Positions 54,210 to 62,769 of a stretch of DNA of 64,000 bases are shown here, piece after piece (the first letter of the stretch is position 1; every line of letters begins with the position of its first letter). Below the pieces are notes generated by a model. The model was not told the origin of the DNA. It worked only from the letters and a program-made list of their open reading frames with translations, and did not search any database. Origin of the DNA: a virus. Its lineage: Duplodnaviria; Caudoviricetes. The stretch lies in the IMG/VR virus record IMGVR_UViG_3300020577_013934, positions 1 through 64,000 of that record; one strand, given 5' to 3'. A program made the translations under genes and the position numbers.

Positions 54210-56117
54210 TCAGCGCCAAACGCAGCGGCTGATGTTCGCGACGAGACGTGCGACGTTGAGGCCCGGCGCGCCGTGCGCGTCGCCGGTCTCGACCTCCGCG
54301 CCTTCGACGAGCGCGGCGACCTTGTCGGCCAGCGGCGTCGCCGCGAGCCATCGAGCGTACGCCGCGCCGCCCGCGCTCGCGACCTTTGCGAGCAGCGCGG
54401 CGTAGTCGGCGCGGCCGACGCGCTCGACGAGGTCGGCGGCGGCCTTGTGCACGACGTCGGCCCGCGCGGGACGCGCGAACGCCGAGACCTTCACGAACTC
54501 GGTTCCGCCCGAGACGGGCACGCCCTGGTCCGTGAGGTAGCGGCCGTAGCGGTAGGGTCGGATGCGCTTGCGCAGCGCGCGCTGCGTCGCGTAGCCGGCC
54601 GCGAGGCCCGCCGGCAGCGACCAGACGCCGGCCCCGGGGCCGAGCGCGGCGCGCAGGCCGCCCGCGTAGAGCGCGCCGAGCAGCGCCGTCGAACCGAGCT
54701 GCGCCTTCACGTCTTCGTTGTGCGCCGCCATCGCCGCGCCGCGCGTCGTCTGGTACTGGCGCCCCGTGTAGGGGTCGGAGAGCGTGAACACGTCGGTCTT
54801 CGCCGGCTCGGTCGCGCGGTAGTACGCGCCCGGTCCGATCGGCAGCTGGCCGAGGTCGCTCGGCGCGTACGCTTGCTGGCGCAGGTAGTCGAGGACACCG
54901 CCGCGCTTCTCGACCCACGCCGCGAGCGGGTCCACGAGCTCGTCGTTTACGGCGTCGACGCGCAGCGCGACGAGCGCGCCGAGCTTCGCCTCGACGTCCG
55001 GGTAGCGCGCCACGACCTCGGTCAGCACCGGCTCCAACGCGACGAGGCGGTCGAGGTCCGCCTCCGTCGGCGCGACGCCCGCCGTCTTGGCGAACAGGTC
55101 GATGACTTCGCCGGTCGCGAGCACGACGCCGCACGCCGCGAGCGACGACAGCGTGCGTGTCACGCCCGCCGTCTTCGCCGCCGCGTAGACGGCGTCGGGC
55201 AGGCGGGGCCACTCGCCGACGAGGCTGGCGGCCTGTACGCCGTAAGCGGTGCCGAGGGCCTCGGCCGTCTTCGCGGCGCCGCTGCGGATCTCGATCGCGC
55301 GCGCCTCGTACGCCCGCAGCTGCTCGCCCAGGTCGGCGCTGTAGCGCAGCGGCGCTTCGCCCGCGACCTTCTTCATCATCCACCCCGTGGGGTCCGCCGG
55401 GCGGAACACGAAGCTGATGTCGAAGAACTTCGGACTGGGGTTGAGCACCGCGACCTTGCGGCCGTCGGGCAACACGCGGCGCAGCATCCGCAGCGCGTGC
55501 TCGCAGTACTGCGCGCGCGTCGGGGCGCGGTGGCCGCAGATCGTGCAGACGTCCCACCGGACGTGGCACCCCATCGAGACCGCCGGGAAGTCGCCGTCGC
55601 CGATGCGCTGCGCGATCTCCGGGTCGCGGCCGTTGACGAACTTCAGCAGCAGCTCGACCCGGTGCATGTACGGGTTGAGCAGCGCCTTGTTGATCCAGCC
55701 GAGCGACTTCGACGGGTCCTTGTTGACGTGGTGCTTGTAGATGCCGCCGTGCTTCTCGAACGACTGGTAGTGGTGGTGCAGCGTCTCGGGCTCGGCGATC
55801 CAGCCGTCGAGCGAGCCGGTACACTCCGGGTGTCCGCACGACGCGAGCTCGCCGACCTTGTACGGCGCGTTCGGGAAGCCGTCGCCGTTGCGGTTGTCGT
55901 CGTAGAACTCGTACGCGCCGAGCGCGTTGACGAGGATGTACGAGACGCCGGCCTCGGGCTGCACGGTCGTCAGGAAGTCGTAGAGCGGGGAGTGCCCCTC
56001 GGCGAACGCGCGCTTCTCGATGCTCAGTCCGCCGCGTGGCCCGCGCCACGCGACCAACTGCACCGTCGGCTCCCCGGTCTTTGGGAAGCGCTCGTCCAGT
56101 TCCAGGAGCTTGTCCAT
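54210..56117 (-). CDS. Prohead (capsid maturation) protease
   Basis: NRNGDGF, HHVNKDP, NPYMHRVELL, VSMGC..DVCTICG..YCEH, FFDISFV..PAD. Confidence 0.8.
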   Translation of the reverse strand: MDKLLELDERFPKTGEPTVQLVAWRGPRGGLSIEKRAFAEGHSPLYDFLTTVQPEAGVSYILVNALGAYEFYDDNRNGDGFPNAPYKVGELASCGHPECTGSLDGWIAEPETLHHHYQSFEKHGGIYKHHVNKDPSKSLGWINKALLNPYMHRVELLLKFVNGRDPEIAQRIGDGDFPAVSMGCHVRWDVCTICGHRAPTRAQYCEHALRMLRRVLPDGRKVAVLNPSPKFFDISFVFRPADPTGWMMKKVAGEAPLRYSADLGEQLRAYEARAIEIRSGAAKTAEALGTAYGVQAASLVGEWPRLPDAVYAAAKTAGVTRTLSSLAACGVVLATGEVIDLFAKTAGVAPTEADLDRLVALEPVLTEVVARYPDVEAKLGALVALRVDAVNDELVDPLAAWVEKRGGVLDYLRQQAYAPSDLGQLPIGPGAYYRATEPAKTDVFTLSDPYTGRQYQTTRGAAMAAHNEDVKAQLGSTALLGALYAGGLRAALGPGAGVWSLPAGLAAGYATQRALRKRIRPYRYGRYLTDQGVPVSGGTEFVKVSAFARPARADVVHKAAADLVERVGRADYAALLAKVASAGGAAYARWLAATPLADKVAALVEGAEVETGDAHGAPGLNVARLVANISRCVWR

Positions 56118-56152
56118 CGCGGAGAAAGATACGACCGTCGCGCGCGACGGTG

Positions 56153-56902
56153 CTAGGGACGACGAGGCCGACCCGCGCGGGCGGCGGCGGCGGTCTGCGC
56201 CTTCATGAGCTCCATGCGGGCGGCGTGCAGCTCCGCGTCGCGCGCGAGCTCGGCGGCCGAGCGGTTGCGCACCTTCGACTGCTGCGCCAGCGCCTTGAGT
56301 CGCGCGTCGTGCAGCTCCTGCGCGCGCGTGCCTTCGAGCGCCTTGGCGGCGTCGGCGGCGCGACCCTCGCGCATCTCGGCGCGCAGCTGCCCGGCGCCGT
56401 GGCCGAGCATCGCGCCCATCGCGGCGCCCGGCAGGCCGAAGCGCAACGCGCCGCGCAGCCGGTCGTCATCGTCGGCCGCCGCGCCGAAGCCGGCGCCCGC
56501 CAGCCCGCCGCCGACCGCGCCGACCGCTGACGGGTGGTTCTTGAGCGCCGCCAGCAGGCTCGACGCGAAGCCGGCGTTCTTCTGGAAGCGCGCGAGGTCG
56601 CGCAGCGCGGCCTCGGCGTTGAGGTCGCGAAGGAACTCGACTTCGGGCGTCGTGTACGCGCCCTCGGCCGCGAGCTTGTCGAGCGTCGCGTCGACGAGGG
56701 CGGCGCCGACGAGCGACGCGACGAACGCCTCGCGCGTCGCGCGGTCCTCGCTCAGCTTGGTGCCGGCGTCGCTCGTGGCCCACGCGTCCAGGGCGAGGCC
56801 CGCGAGCCCGTCGAGCAGCGAGTCGCCGCGACGGAGGGCCGCCGACTTGACGGCGCCCCACAGCACCCGCGCCTCGCGCGTCTTTACGGCGTTATCCGTC
56901 AC
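56153..56902 (-). CDS. K-x-A / glycine-zipper protein
   Basis: QKNAGF; GAVGGGLAGAGFGA, GAAMGAMLG. Confidence 0.75.
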   Translation of the reverse strand: MTDNAVKTREARVLWGAVKSAALRRGDSLLDGLAGLALDAWATSDAGTKLSEDRATREAFVASLVGAALVDATLDKLAAEGAYTTPEVEFLRDLNAEAALRDLARFQKNAGFASSLLAALKNHPSAVGAVGGGLAGAGFGAAADDDDRLRGALRFGLPGAAMGAMLGHGAGQLRAEMREGRAADAAKALEGTRAQELHDARLKALAQQSKVRNRSAAELARDAELHAARMELMKAQTAAAARAGRPRRP

Positions 56903-57122
56903 CGTGCAGCTCCTTGTAGGCCGCGATGCCGTCGCGGACGATTCCCTGGTTGACGTGGTCGACGGCGACCTTCACCGCCAGGGCCTTGACGACCTCGGGC
57001 AGCGTCGGCGCGGCGGGCGGGTAGCCGCCGTTGCGGTGGAGCACCTCGAACGCGAGCTTCGCCCAGCCGTGGGTGCGCAGAGCCGCGCGGAGGCGCGGCG
57101 AGACGAGGGTGTTGATGTTCAT
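56892..57122 (-). CDS. Small hypothetical protein
   Basis: ATGA coupling; AKLAF. Confidence 0.65.
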   Translation of the reverse strand: MNINTLVSPRLRAALRTHGWAKLAFEVLHRNGGYPPAAPTLPEVVKALAVKVAVDHVNQGIVRDGIAAYKELHGDG

Positions 57123-58435
57123 GGCGTGCCGCGTCCCTTCGCGTTCTGGATGAACTTCTCGGTCTCGGTCATCAGGCGGATCGTCGCGAAGTCCGGTCCG
57201 GTGCCGTGCATCTTCGACATCGTCGCCTGCCGCAGGAACGTCCGCGTCGCGAGCGGGTTCTTGGCGATCGACGGGGCGAAGGTCTTGAGCGTGTGGAACG
57301 TGTCGGCAAGGCCCTGCGGGTTGTCGCGGTGCTCAGCCTGGAGCATCTCGTCGCCCTCCAGCGCCTGCTGGAACGCCGCGCGGTGCTTCGGCTCGTCGTA
57401 GAGCTTCTTCTTCAGCACCTTCTGCACGGCGTCGATCGGCTCGCCGACGAACTTCGTCGCGAGCTGGTTGGCCAGCGAGTTGGCCATCGCGCCCTGCATC
57501 GTCGGGTACACCGGCGCGTACGCCGCCCGCTTCTCCTCGGCGAACTCGTCGTAGCTGGCGTACACCGCCATCGTGGGCATCGGCGTCGCCATGTTTTGCT
57601 GCGCGTTGGTCATGTAGTCACGCATCCGGGCGTCCTGCTCGGCCGCAGCCGGTCCTCCACGGAGCATAGACGTGCCGAGCGCCGCGCCACCAGCGGCGAG
57701 CGCGAGGGGCGCCGCGTTGCGCGAGAGCCAGCCCTGACCGGCCGGCGGGTTTACGCCGTTTGGCACGCCGGCCGAGGTCGCGCCCGCGCTCGGAATCGCG
57801 CCGCTCGGCGGAACGTAGGGCGTCTGCGCGGCCGGGGCCTGCGTGGCGGGCGCAGACGCCGCCGGTGCCTGCGCGCGCGGCGCGGCGGCTGCCGGCGCGG
57901 CCGGTGCGGGTGCGTGGTGCGCCGGCACGGCGTGACCGTGCATCTGGAGGTACTGCGCGGGCGTCATCTTCGAGTAGTCGATGTGCCCCGCGAGCGGGTC
58001 GGCGTGCAGCCCGTGCTGCTGCGCGACCTGCGCGGCGTTGCGCAGCTCTTGCTCACCCTGCTGCACCTGCCGGAAGCGCGAGACGGCCTTGTCGGCGGCG
58101 CGCGTCGCGCCGAACTCCTGCTTCGCGCCCGACAGCGCGCCGCGCAGCTGCTGCCCCGCGCGTGCGAGCAGGCCGGGGCTCTTGTCGCCGACGCCGACGC
58201 CCATGGGCAGCGGTTTGACGGCGTTGCCGACGATGTTGAGTGGCAGCGCGTCGGCGGCGTGCAGCGTGTTCACGGCGCTCTGGAGCGCCGCGCGCGACTT
58301 CTGGTTGTGCGCGACCTGCGACGCGCCCGCGCGCATGCCGCGCAGACCGGCGCCGAGCTGGTGGAAGATGTTGGCGTTCTTCTCCAGCGCCGCGTCGATG
58401 TGCGCCAGGACCGCTTCGGCGGTGGCGTCATCCAT
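57119..58435 (-). CDS. K-x-A-motif internal virion protein
   Basis: EKNAN, EKRAA; C-terminal APSIAKNPLATRTFLRQ. Confidence 0.8.
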   Translation of the reverse strand: MDDATAEAVLAHIDAALEKNANIFHQLGAGLRGMRAGASQVAHNQKSRAALQSAVNTLHAADALPLNIVGNAVKPLPMGVGVGDKSPGLLARAGQQLRGALSGAKQEFGATRAADKAVSRFRQVQQGEQELRNAAQVAQQHGLHADPLAGHIDYSKMTPAQYLQMHGHAVPAHHAPAPAAPAAAAPRAQAPAASAPATQAPAAQTPYVPPSGAIPSAGATSAGVPNGVNPPAGQGWLSRNAAPLALAAGGAALGTSMLRGGPAAAEQDARMRDYMTNAQQNMATPMPTMAVYASYDEFAEEKRAAYAPVYPTMQGAMANSLANQLATKFVGEPIDAVQKVLKKKLYDEPKHRAAFQQALEGDEMLQAEHRDNPQGLADTFHTLKTFAPSIAKNPLATRTFLRQATMSKMHGTGPDFATIRLMTETEKFIQNAKGRGTP

Positions 58436-59279
58436 GGCGCACGACCTTCTTGAGGTTCGCGATCTTCGTCGCGACCTCCTCCTGGCGCGCCACGAGCGCC
58501 GCGAACTTGGCCCGCACCTCCATCGCCGTCTTCAGCCGTGCGGTGAGCTCGTCGGGCACGCCGACCCACGCCTCCTGCAAGGCCGCGAGCTTCGTCGCCA
58601 CCTCGTCGTCGGCGGCGCCGTCGCCGAGCGCGCCCATGCGGCAGCGGTGGCGCACCGCGTTCAGCTCCGGCAGCACGTCGGCACCAAAGAGCGCGACGGC
58701 GTTCTTCTCGAACTCGTCGTGGCTCCAGCCCTGGTACCGCGCGCGCTCCGCGACGGCGCCGAGTGCGTCGTCCCACGCGAAGTTCAGCGCGTGGCGCTCG
58801 ACCGCCAGCTCGCCGGCCAGCTTCTCCGCGCGCCGCAGCTCGACGAGCGGCGAGCGTCGCGGCGAGAGGAATCCGTCGATCTCGTGGGTGAGCGCCGCGA
58901 CCTTCTCCTGCGCGAAGAGCGCCGGGTCCGGGGGCGGCGCGAACTCGTCGCGCAGCTCCGGGTACTCCGCCGCCGCCTGCTTCGTGTGCGCGAGCGCCAC
59001 CGACTGGTGGAGGCTCGCGATCACGGACTCGGGGTCGGCGAGCTCGAAGTTGGGCGTGCGGTCCGGCTCTCCCTTGAGCGACGCGTGCTTCTGCTCGAAC
59101 GCCTTGGTGTTGGCGTTGCGGCACAGGCGCCGGATCTGTTCGGGGTTGAGGCCGTTGTCGCGCGCGGTCTTCGTCGCGAGCTCGTTGAGCGGCGCGCCGT
59201 TCTGATCGCGGCCGGCCCAGTAAGCACGCGCGATAGCGGTCGCCTCGCGGTCGAAGTCAGCGTTGTCCCATGTAGCCAT
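58428..59279 (-). CDS. K-x-A-motif head-associated protein
   Basis: LNPEQIRRLCRNANTKAF; TKQAA, EKVAA. Confidence 0.8.
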   Translation of the reverse strand: MATWDNADFDREATAIARAYWAGRDQNGAPLNELATKTARDNGLNPEQIRRLCRNANTKAFEQKHASLKGEPDRTPNFELADPESVIASLHQSVALAHTKQAAAEYPELRDEFAPPPDPALFAQEKVAALTHEIDGFLSPRRSPLVELRRAEKLAGELAVERHALNFAWDDALGAVAERARYQGWSHDEFEKNAVALFGADVLPELNAVRHRCRMGALGDGAADDEVATKLAALQEAWVGVPDELTARLKTAMEVRAKFAALVARQEEVATKIANLKKVVRHG

Positions 59280-59307
59280 CGGCGTGCCTCAAAGGTAAGG
59301 GGCGTTT

Positions 59308-60012
59308 TCAGCCCTTGATGATCTCGTCCCGCGTCACGCCGAGCTCCTCGGGCGTCTTCGTAGAGCTTTTGCTCGTGAGGGCGAACTCCAACGCCGCGAG
59401 CGCGTCGGAGACGCGGTTGGCGGCGGTCGCGCCCTTGATCGTGGCGGCCGTCGCGGCGGCGGCGCGCCCCCACTTGAACGACTCCTGGGCGACCTTGCTG
59501 GTGATGGGCTTGCCGCGATGCTCGAACGCGCGGCTGTGCGCCTCGCCCATCATGTCCTCCAACACCACCTGGGGGTCGGGTGCGGTGCGCGGCGTGAGCC
59601 GGTAGCGGTCGAGCAGACGCGGCGCGCCCTCCACGAGGGCCAGCTCGTAGATCTCGCGCTCGTCCTTCGTCAGCCGCAGCTGCTGGACGTACTGGCGCAT
59701 CGCGAAGACGCTGCCGAACACCGCGCGGTCGAAGAAGAGGGTGCGGTAAACGGCGTAAACCCCCTCGCGCAGCTCCAGCGCCGCCTCGACCTCGGTGTCT
59801 TTGGCCACGCACAGGCACAGCGCGTCCATGACGTGGCGGTACGACGAGCGGAAGATCTCGTAGGCCGTCGTCACGACCGGATCGTCCGCCTGACCGCGCA
59901 GCACGCGGAAGAGCGCGAGGTCGAGCGCCTCCGTCGGCGGCTCAACGCCCGTCTTCTCCGCGAGCGCCGCGATCTCTTCGTACTTGTGCCATGGCGCGAC
60001 AGCGGGCTGCAT
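59308..60012 (-). CDS. Hypothetical protein
   Basis: 234 aa; GC3 bias. Confidence 0.8.
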   Translation of the reverse strand: MQPAVAPWHKYEEIAALAEKTGVEPPTEALDLALFRVLRGQADDPVVTTAYEIFRSSYRHVMDALCLCVAKDTEVEAALELREGVYAVYRTLFFDRAVFGSVFAMRQYVQQLRLTKDEREIYELALVEGAPRLLDRYRLTPRTAPDPQVVLEDMMGEAHSRAFEHRGKPITSKVAQESFKWGRAAAATAATIKGATAANRVSDALAALEFALTSKSSTKTPEELGVTRDEIIKG

Positions 60013-60022
60013 GATGAGTTGA

Positions 60023-62677
60023 TTATGCTGAGCGCGCACCAGCCGGCAACAGCTGGTCGCCGTACTGCTCCAGCGACAGCACCGCGTCGCCCAGCATGCG
60101 GAACACGTCGCGCACGACCTGCTCCAGCGAGGTGTACGCCTCCTCGCCGATCCGCTCGCGGATCTGCTTGCTCTTCACGTAGAGCAGCAGCAGCGTGCGC
60201 CCGAGGCGGTCGAGCGCGTTGTCGAGCGACGGCGTGTAGTTCTGGAGCAGGTCGCGGATGCTGCGCACGTTGGCGAGCGACGCCACGGCCGACGCGTCGA
60301 ACACGCCGTCCTGCTCCAGCTGCATCGCCTGATCCAGAAACTGCGGCGCGACCTGCTCGCCGAAGAGCGCCGGGTTCGGCTCCTTCGGCATCACGGGCTG
60401 CGGCATCGGCGCCGGCTGGCCGCCCATGGCGTTCGGGTCGCCGCCCTGCATCGCCATGGCGTTCGGGTCGCCGCTCTGCATCGGCGTGCCCTGCATCGGC
60501 GCGCCCTGCATCGGAGCGCCCTGCATCGGCGCGCCCTGCATCGGAGCGCCCTGCATCGGCGCGCCCTGGCCCTGCGGCGCGCCCTGCGCGGACATGCCGG
60601 GCACCGGCGCCATCGCCGGCTGACCCATCACGTCTTGCGCGGGGCCCGCCATCATGCCCGCCGCGCCCATCGGCGCAGCCATCGCGCCGCCGCCCTGGTC
60701 GATGCCCTGGGCGCGGCCCTGAAGCTCGGTGAGCATCTGGCGCATCTGGTCGAGGCTCTGCTGCTGCTGGTCGATCAGCTGCAACTTCTCCGAGATCGCG
60801 AGGTCGATCCCCGTCGGCGGCGGGGGGGCCTGCATGGCGGCCATCGCGTTCGGGTCCATGGCCATCGCGTTCGGGTCCTGGTTCGGGTCCGCGCCCGCGT
60901 CCTCGCCCCCGCCGCCGCCCTTCGGTGCCGCCGTCTTAGGCGTCGCCCACGCGTTCAGCGGCAGGCCGTTGGACACGGCCTCGACCACGCGCGAGGCGTC
61001 CGGGACGCTTACGCCGTACAGGTTCGCGACCTTCACCACCGCTTCGAGCACCGACAGCTTGGCGCGGTCGTCGCCGACGCGGAAGCCGTCGTGGTCGCGC
61101 GCGACCTTGATGCGCGCGGCGCCGGTCTTCTCGATCTGCGCGTCGAGCGCGCGCCCGATCAGCTGCGGACGCGCGAGCACGTCGCGCTCGGCCAGCTGCT
61201 CCTTGATCGGGAACCAGCGGTAGCTCTGCGGGAAGACCATCACGTTCTGCGCGGGCGGCGCCACGATCTTCGAGCCGCGCATCTTCTTCGAGATCACGGC
61301 CGTCATGTTGTAGCCGGCGCCGAACGAAACCATGTCGCCGCGCGCGGTGGGCTGCTCGGCGAAGAACGGCTCCGTCGCGCGCAGCGTCAGGTCCTCGGAC
61401 GAGATCAGCACGCCCTGCTGGTTGGCCTGCGGGCTCTCGCGCGTCATCGACTTGAGCATCGCCGCGACCTCGTCGAACGACTCGCTCACGACGGGCTCCG
61501 CAACGAGCTCCGACACGCACCCGCCGCGCCCGTCGGCGAGCAGCACGAGGTACTTGCGGTCTCCGCCACCGTAGGGCGGCGGCACGTCGTTGATCGTCTT
61601 GCGGTTGTACGCGCCGTACGCCATCGCCTGATGGTCGGTCTTCGGCGGCGAGACGCAGACCGGGTGCGGCACGACCAGCGCCTTCGCGCTCGTGCCGTCC
61701 GCGAGGTACACGCGGTAGACGCCGGGGTACTCCGGGGCCGTCAGCGCGAGCGTCTCCTCGGCGCCCACGGCGATGTCGTTGAGCGCGCCGCTGCGGCGGT
61801 CCTTGATGTAGAAGCCGTGGTAGCGCAGCGCCTTGTACGCCTCGGGCACGTCGCCCGGCGCGATCTCCTTGCGGATCTCCTGGAGCGGCATGCCCGCGAC
61901 CGCGAGGTAGACGTCGTGCTTCTGCGGCACCTCGGTGCGGAACTCCGCCGCCGTCTTCGCGGGCGCCTCCGCGACCGCGAACGCGTCGCGCAGCGTCGCC
62001 GCGCCGTAGACCTCGGCCATCTTGCGGAGGTAACGCGGACGCTTCGCCAGCCAATTCGCGAACGCCGTCTTCACGCCGTCCGGCATGCGACTCACGACCT
62101 CGGGGAAGACGTGCGGGGCGTCGTCCGCCGCGCGCTTCTCGTTCTCGTAGGCCGCGCGGAACACGTCGAGCAGCTCGTCGTCGGTGATCGACGCCGGGTC
62201 GAACTCGTCGGCGTAGCTGTAGCGTCCCGTCGTCGGCGGGACCACGACGTTGCGGATGTCGACGTCGGTGTTGAGGTCCTTCGGCGGCTCGATGCCCTGG
62301 CCGAGCGAGCTGACGCCGCCCGACGTGGCCTTCTCGATCCACTCGGTCGTCAGCGGGTAGAACCGGTCCTTCGACCGGACGTACATCATGTCGAGGGGCT
62401 TTACGGCGTTATCTGCGATCACCGCCGGCACGAACAGCACCTCGGGTCCGCGCTTGAGGATGAACGCGCCGACGCCCTCGCCGGCCGGCGCGTCGGTCGC
62501 CAACACGCGGAACGACACGAGGTCGCCGTACAGCTCGGGGTGGGTCTTCTGGAACGCCCGGTACGCGAGGTCCGAGAAGCCCTTGGAGAAGAGCTCCTCC
62601 TCGTCGTCGGGGCTCGTGGGCTGTGCGAAGCCCTGCGTGCGGGGCGACTGCGAGAGTGGGAAGCCGTTCATGGTCAT
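60023..62677 (-). CDS. Large head-morphogenesis-associated K-x-A protein
   Basis: GAGGAG SD; VSFRVL..GEGVGAF..VPAVI.DNAVKPLD N-domain; low-complexity M/Q/G/A/P linker. Confidence 0.85.
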   Translation of the reverse strand: MTMNGFPLSQSPRTQGFAQPTSPDDEEELFSKGFSDLAYRAFQKTHPELYGDLVSFRVLATDAPAGEGVGAFILKRGPEVLFVPAVIADNAVKPLDMMYVRSKDRFYPLTTEWIEKATSGGVSSLGQGIEPPKDLNTDVDIRNVVVPPTTGRYSYADEFDPASITDDELLDVFRAAYENEKRAADDAPHVFPEVVSRMPDGVKTAFANWLAKRPRYLRKMAEVYGAATLRDAFAVAEAPAKTAAEFRTEVPQKHDVYLAVAGMPLQEIRKEIAPGDVPEAYKALRYHGFYIKDRRSGALNDIAVGAEETLALTAPEYPGVYRVYLADGTSAKALVVPHPVCVSPPKTDHQAMAYGAYNRKTINDVPPPYGGGDRKYLVLLADGRGGCVSELVAEPVVSESFDEVAAMLKSMTRESPQANQQGVLISSEDLTLRATEPFFAEQPTARGDMVSFGAGYNMTAVISKKMRGSKIVAPPAQNVMVFPQSYRWFPIKEQLAERDVLARPQLIGRALDAQIEKTGAARIKVARDHDGFRVGDDRAKLSVLEAVVKVANLYGVSVPDASRVVEAVSNGLPLNAWATPKTAAPKGGGGGEDAGADPNQDPNAMAMDPNAMAAMQAPPPPTGIDLAISEKLQLIDQQQQSLDQMRQMLTELQGRAQGIDQGGGAMAAPMGAAGMMAGPAQDVMGQPAMAPVPGMSAQGAPQGQGAPMQGAPMQGAPMQGAPMQGAPMQGTPMQSGDPNAMAMQGGDPNAMGGQPAPMPQPVMPKEPNPALFGEQVAPQFLDQAMQLEQDGVFDASAVASLANVRSIRDLLQNYTPSLDNALDRLGRTLLLLYVKSKQIRERIGEEAYTSLEQVVRDVFRMLGDAVLSLEQYGDQLLPAGARSA
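60424..60567. repeat. Coding tandem repeats: about 6 x 15 bp (GAPMQ) and 2 x 30 bp (MQxGDPNAM)
   Basis: CCCTGCATCGG(C/A)GCG units. Confidence 0.9.
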
Positions 62678-62769
62678 CGGGGTGGGTCTCCTCAAAAGCG
62701 AACGCCTGCTGCCGAAGTATACGGCAGCAGGCGTTCAGACCCAGCGCGACGCGGCTTTGGGCTTCGCGA

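Larger units (their letters stand above)
4530..62409. repeat. Dispersed 10-bp motif ACGNCGTAAA, 25 exact copies on both strands
   Basis: Starts at 4530, 7058, 8119, 9351, 11515, 12079, 15590, 20039, 25539, 26269, 27156, 31069, 35908, 37132, 39767, 44370, 46560, 48428, 50449, 53230, 54946, 56883, 57750, 59750, 62400. Confidence 0.9.

Noticed and set aside
4530-62409. CRISPR array or simple promoter as the explanation for ACGNCGTAAA
   Set aside because: Copies are kb apart with no spacer structure, lie mostly inside genes in both orientations, and have no fixed distance to starts.
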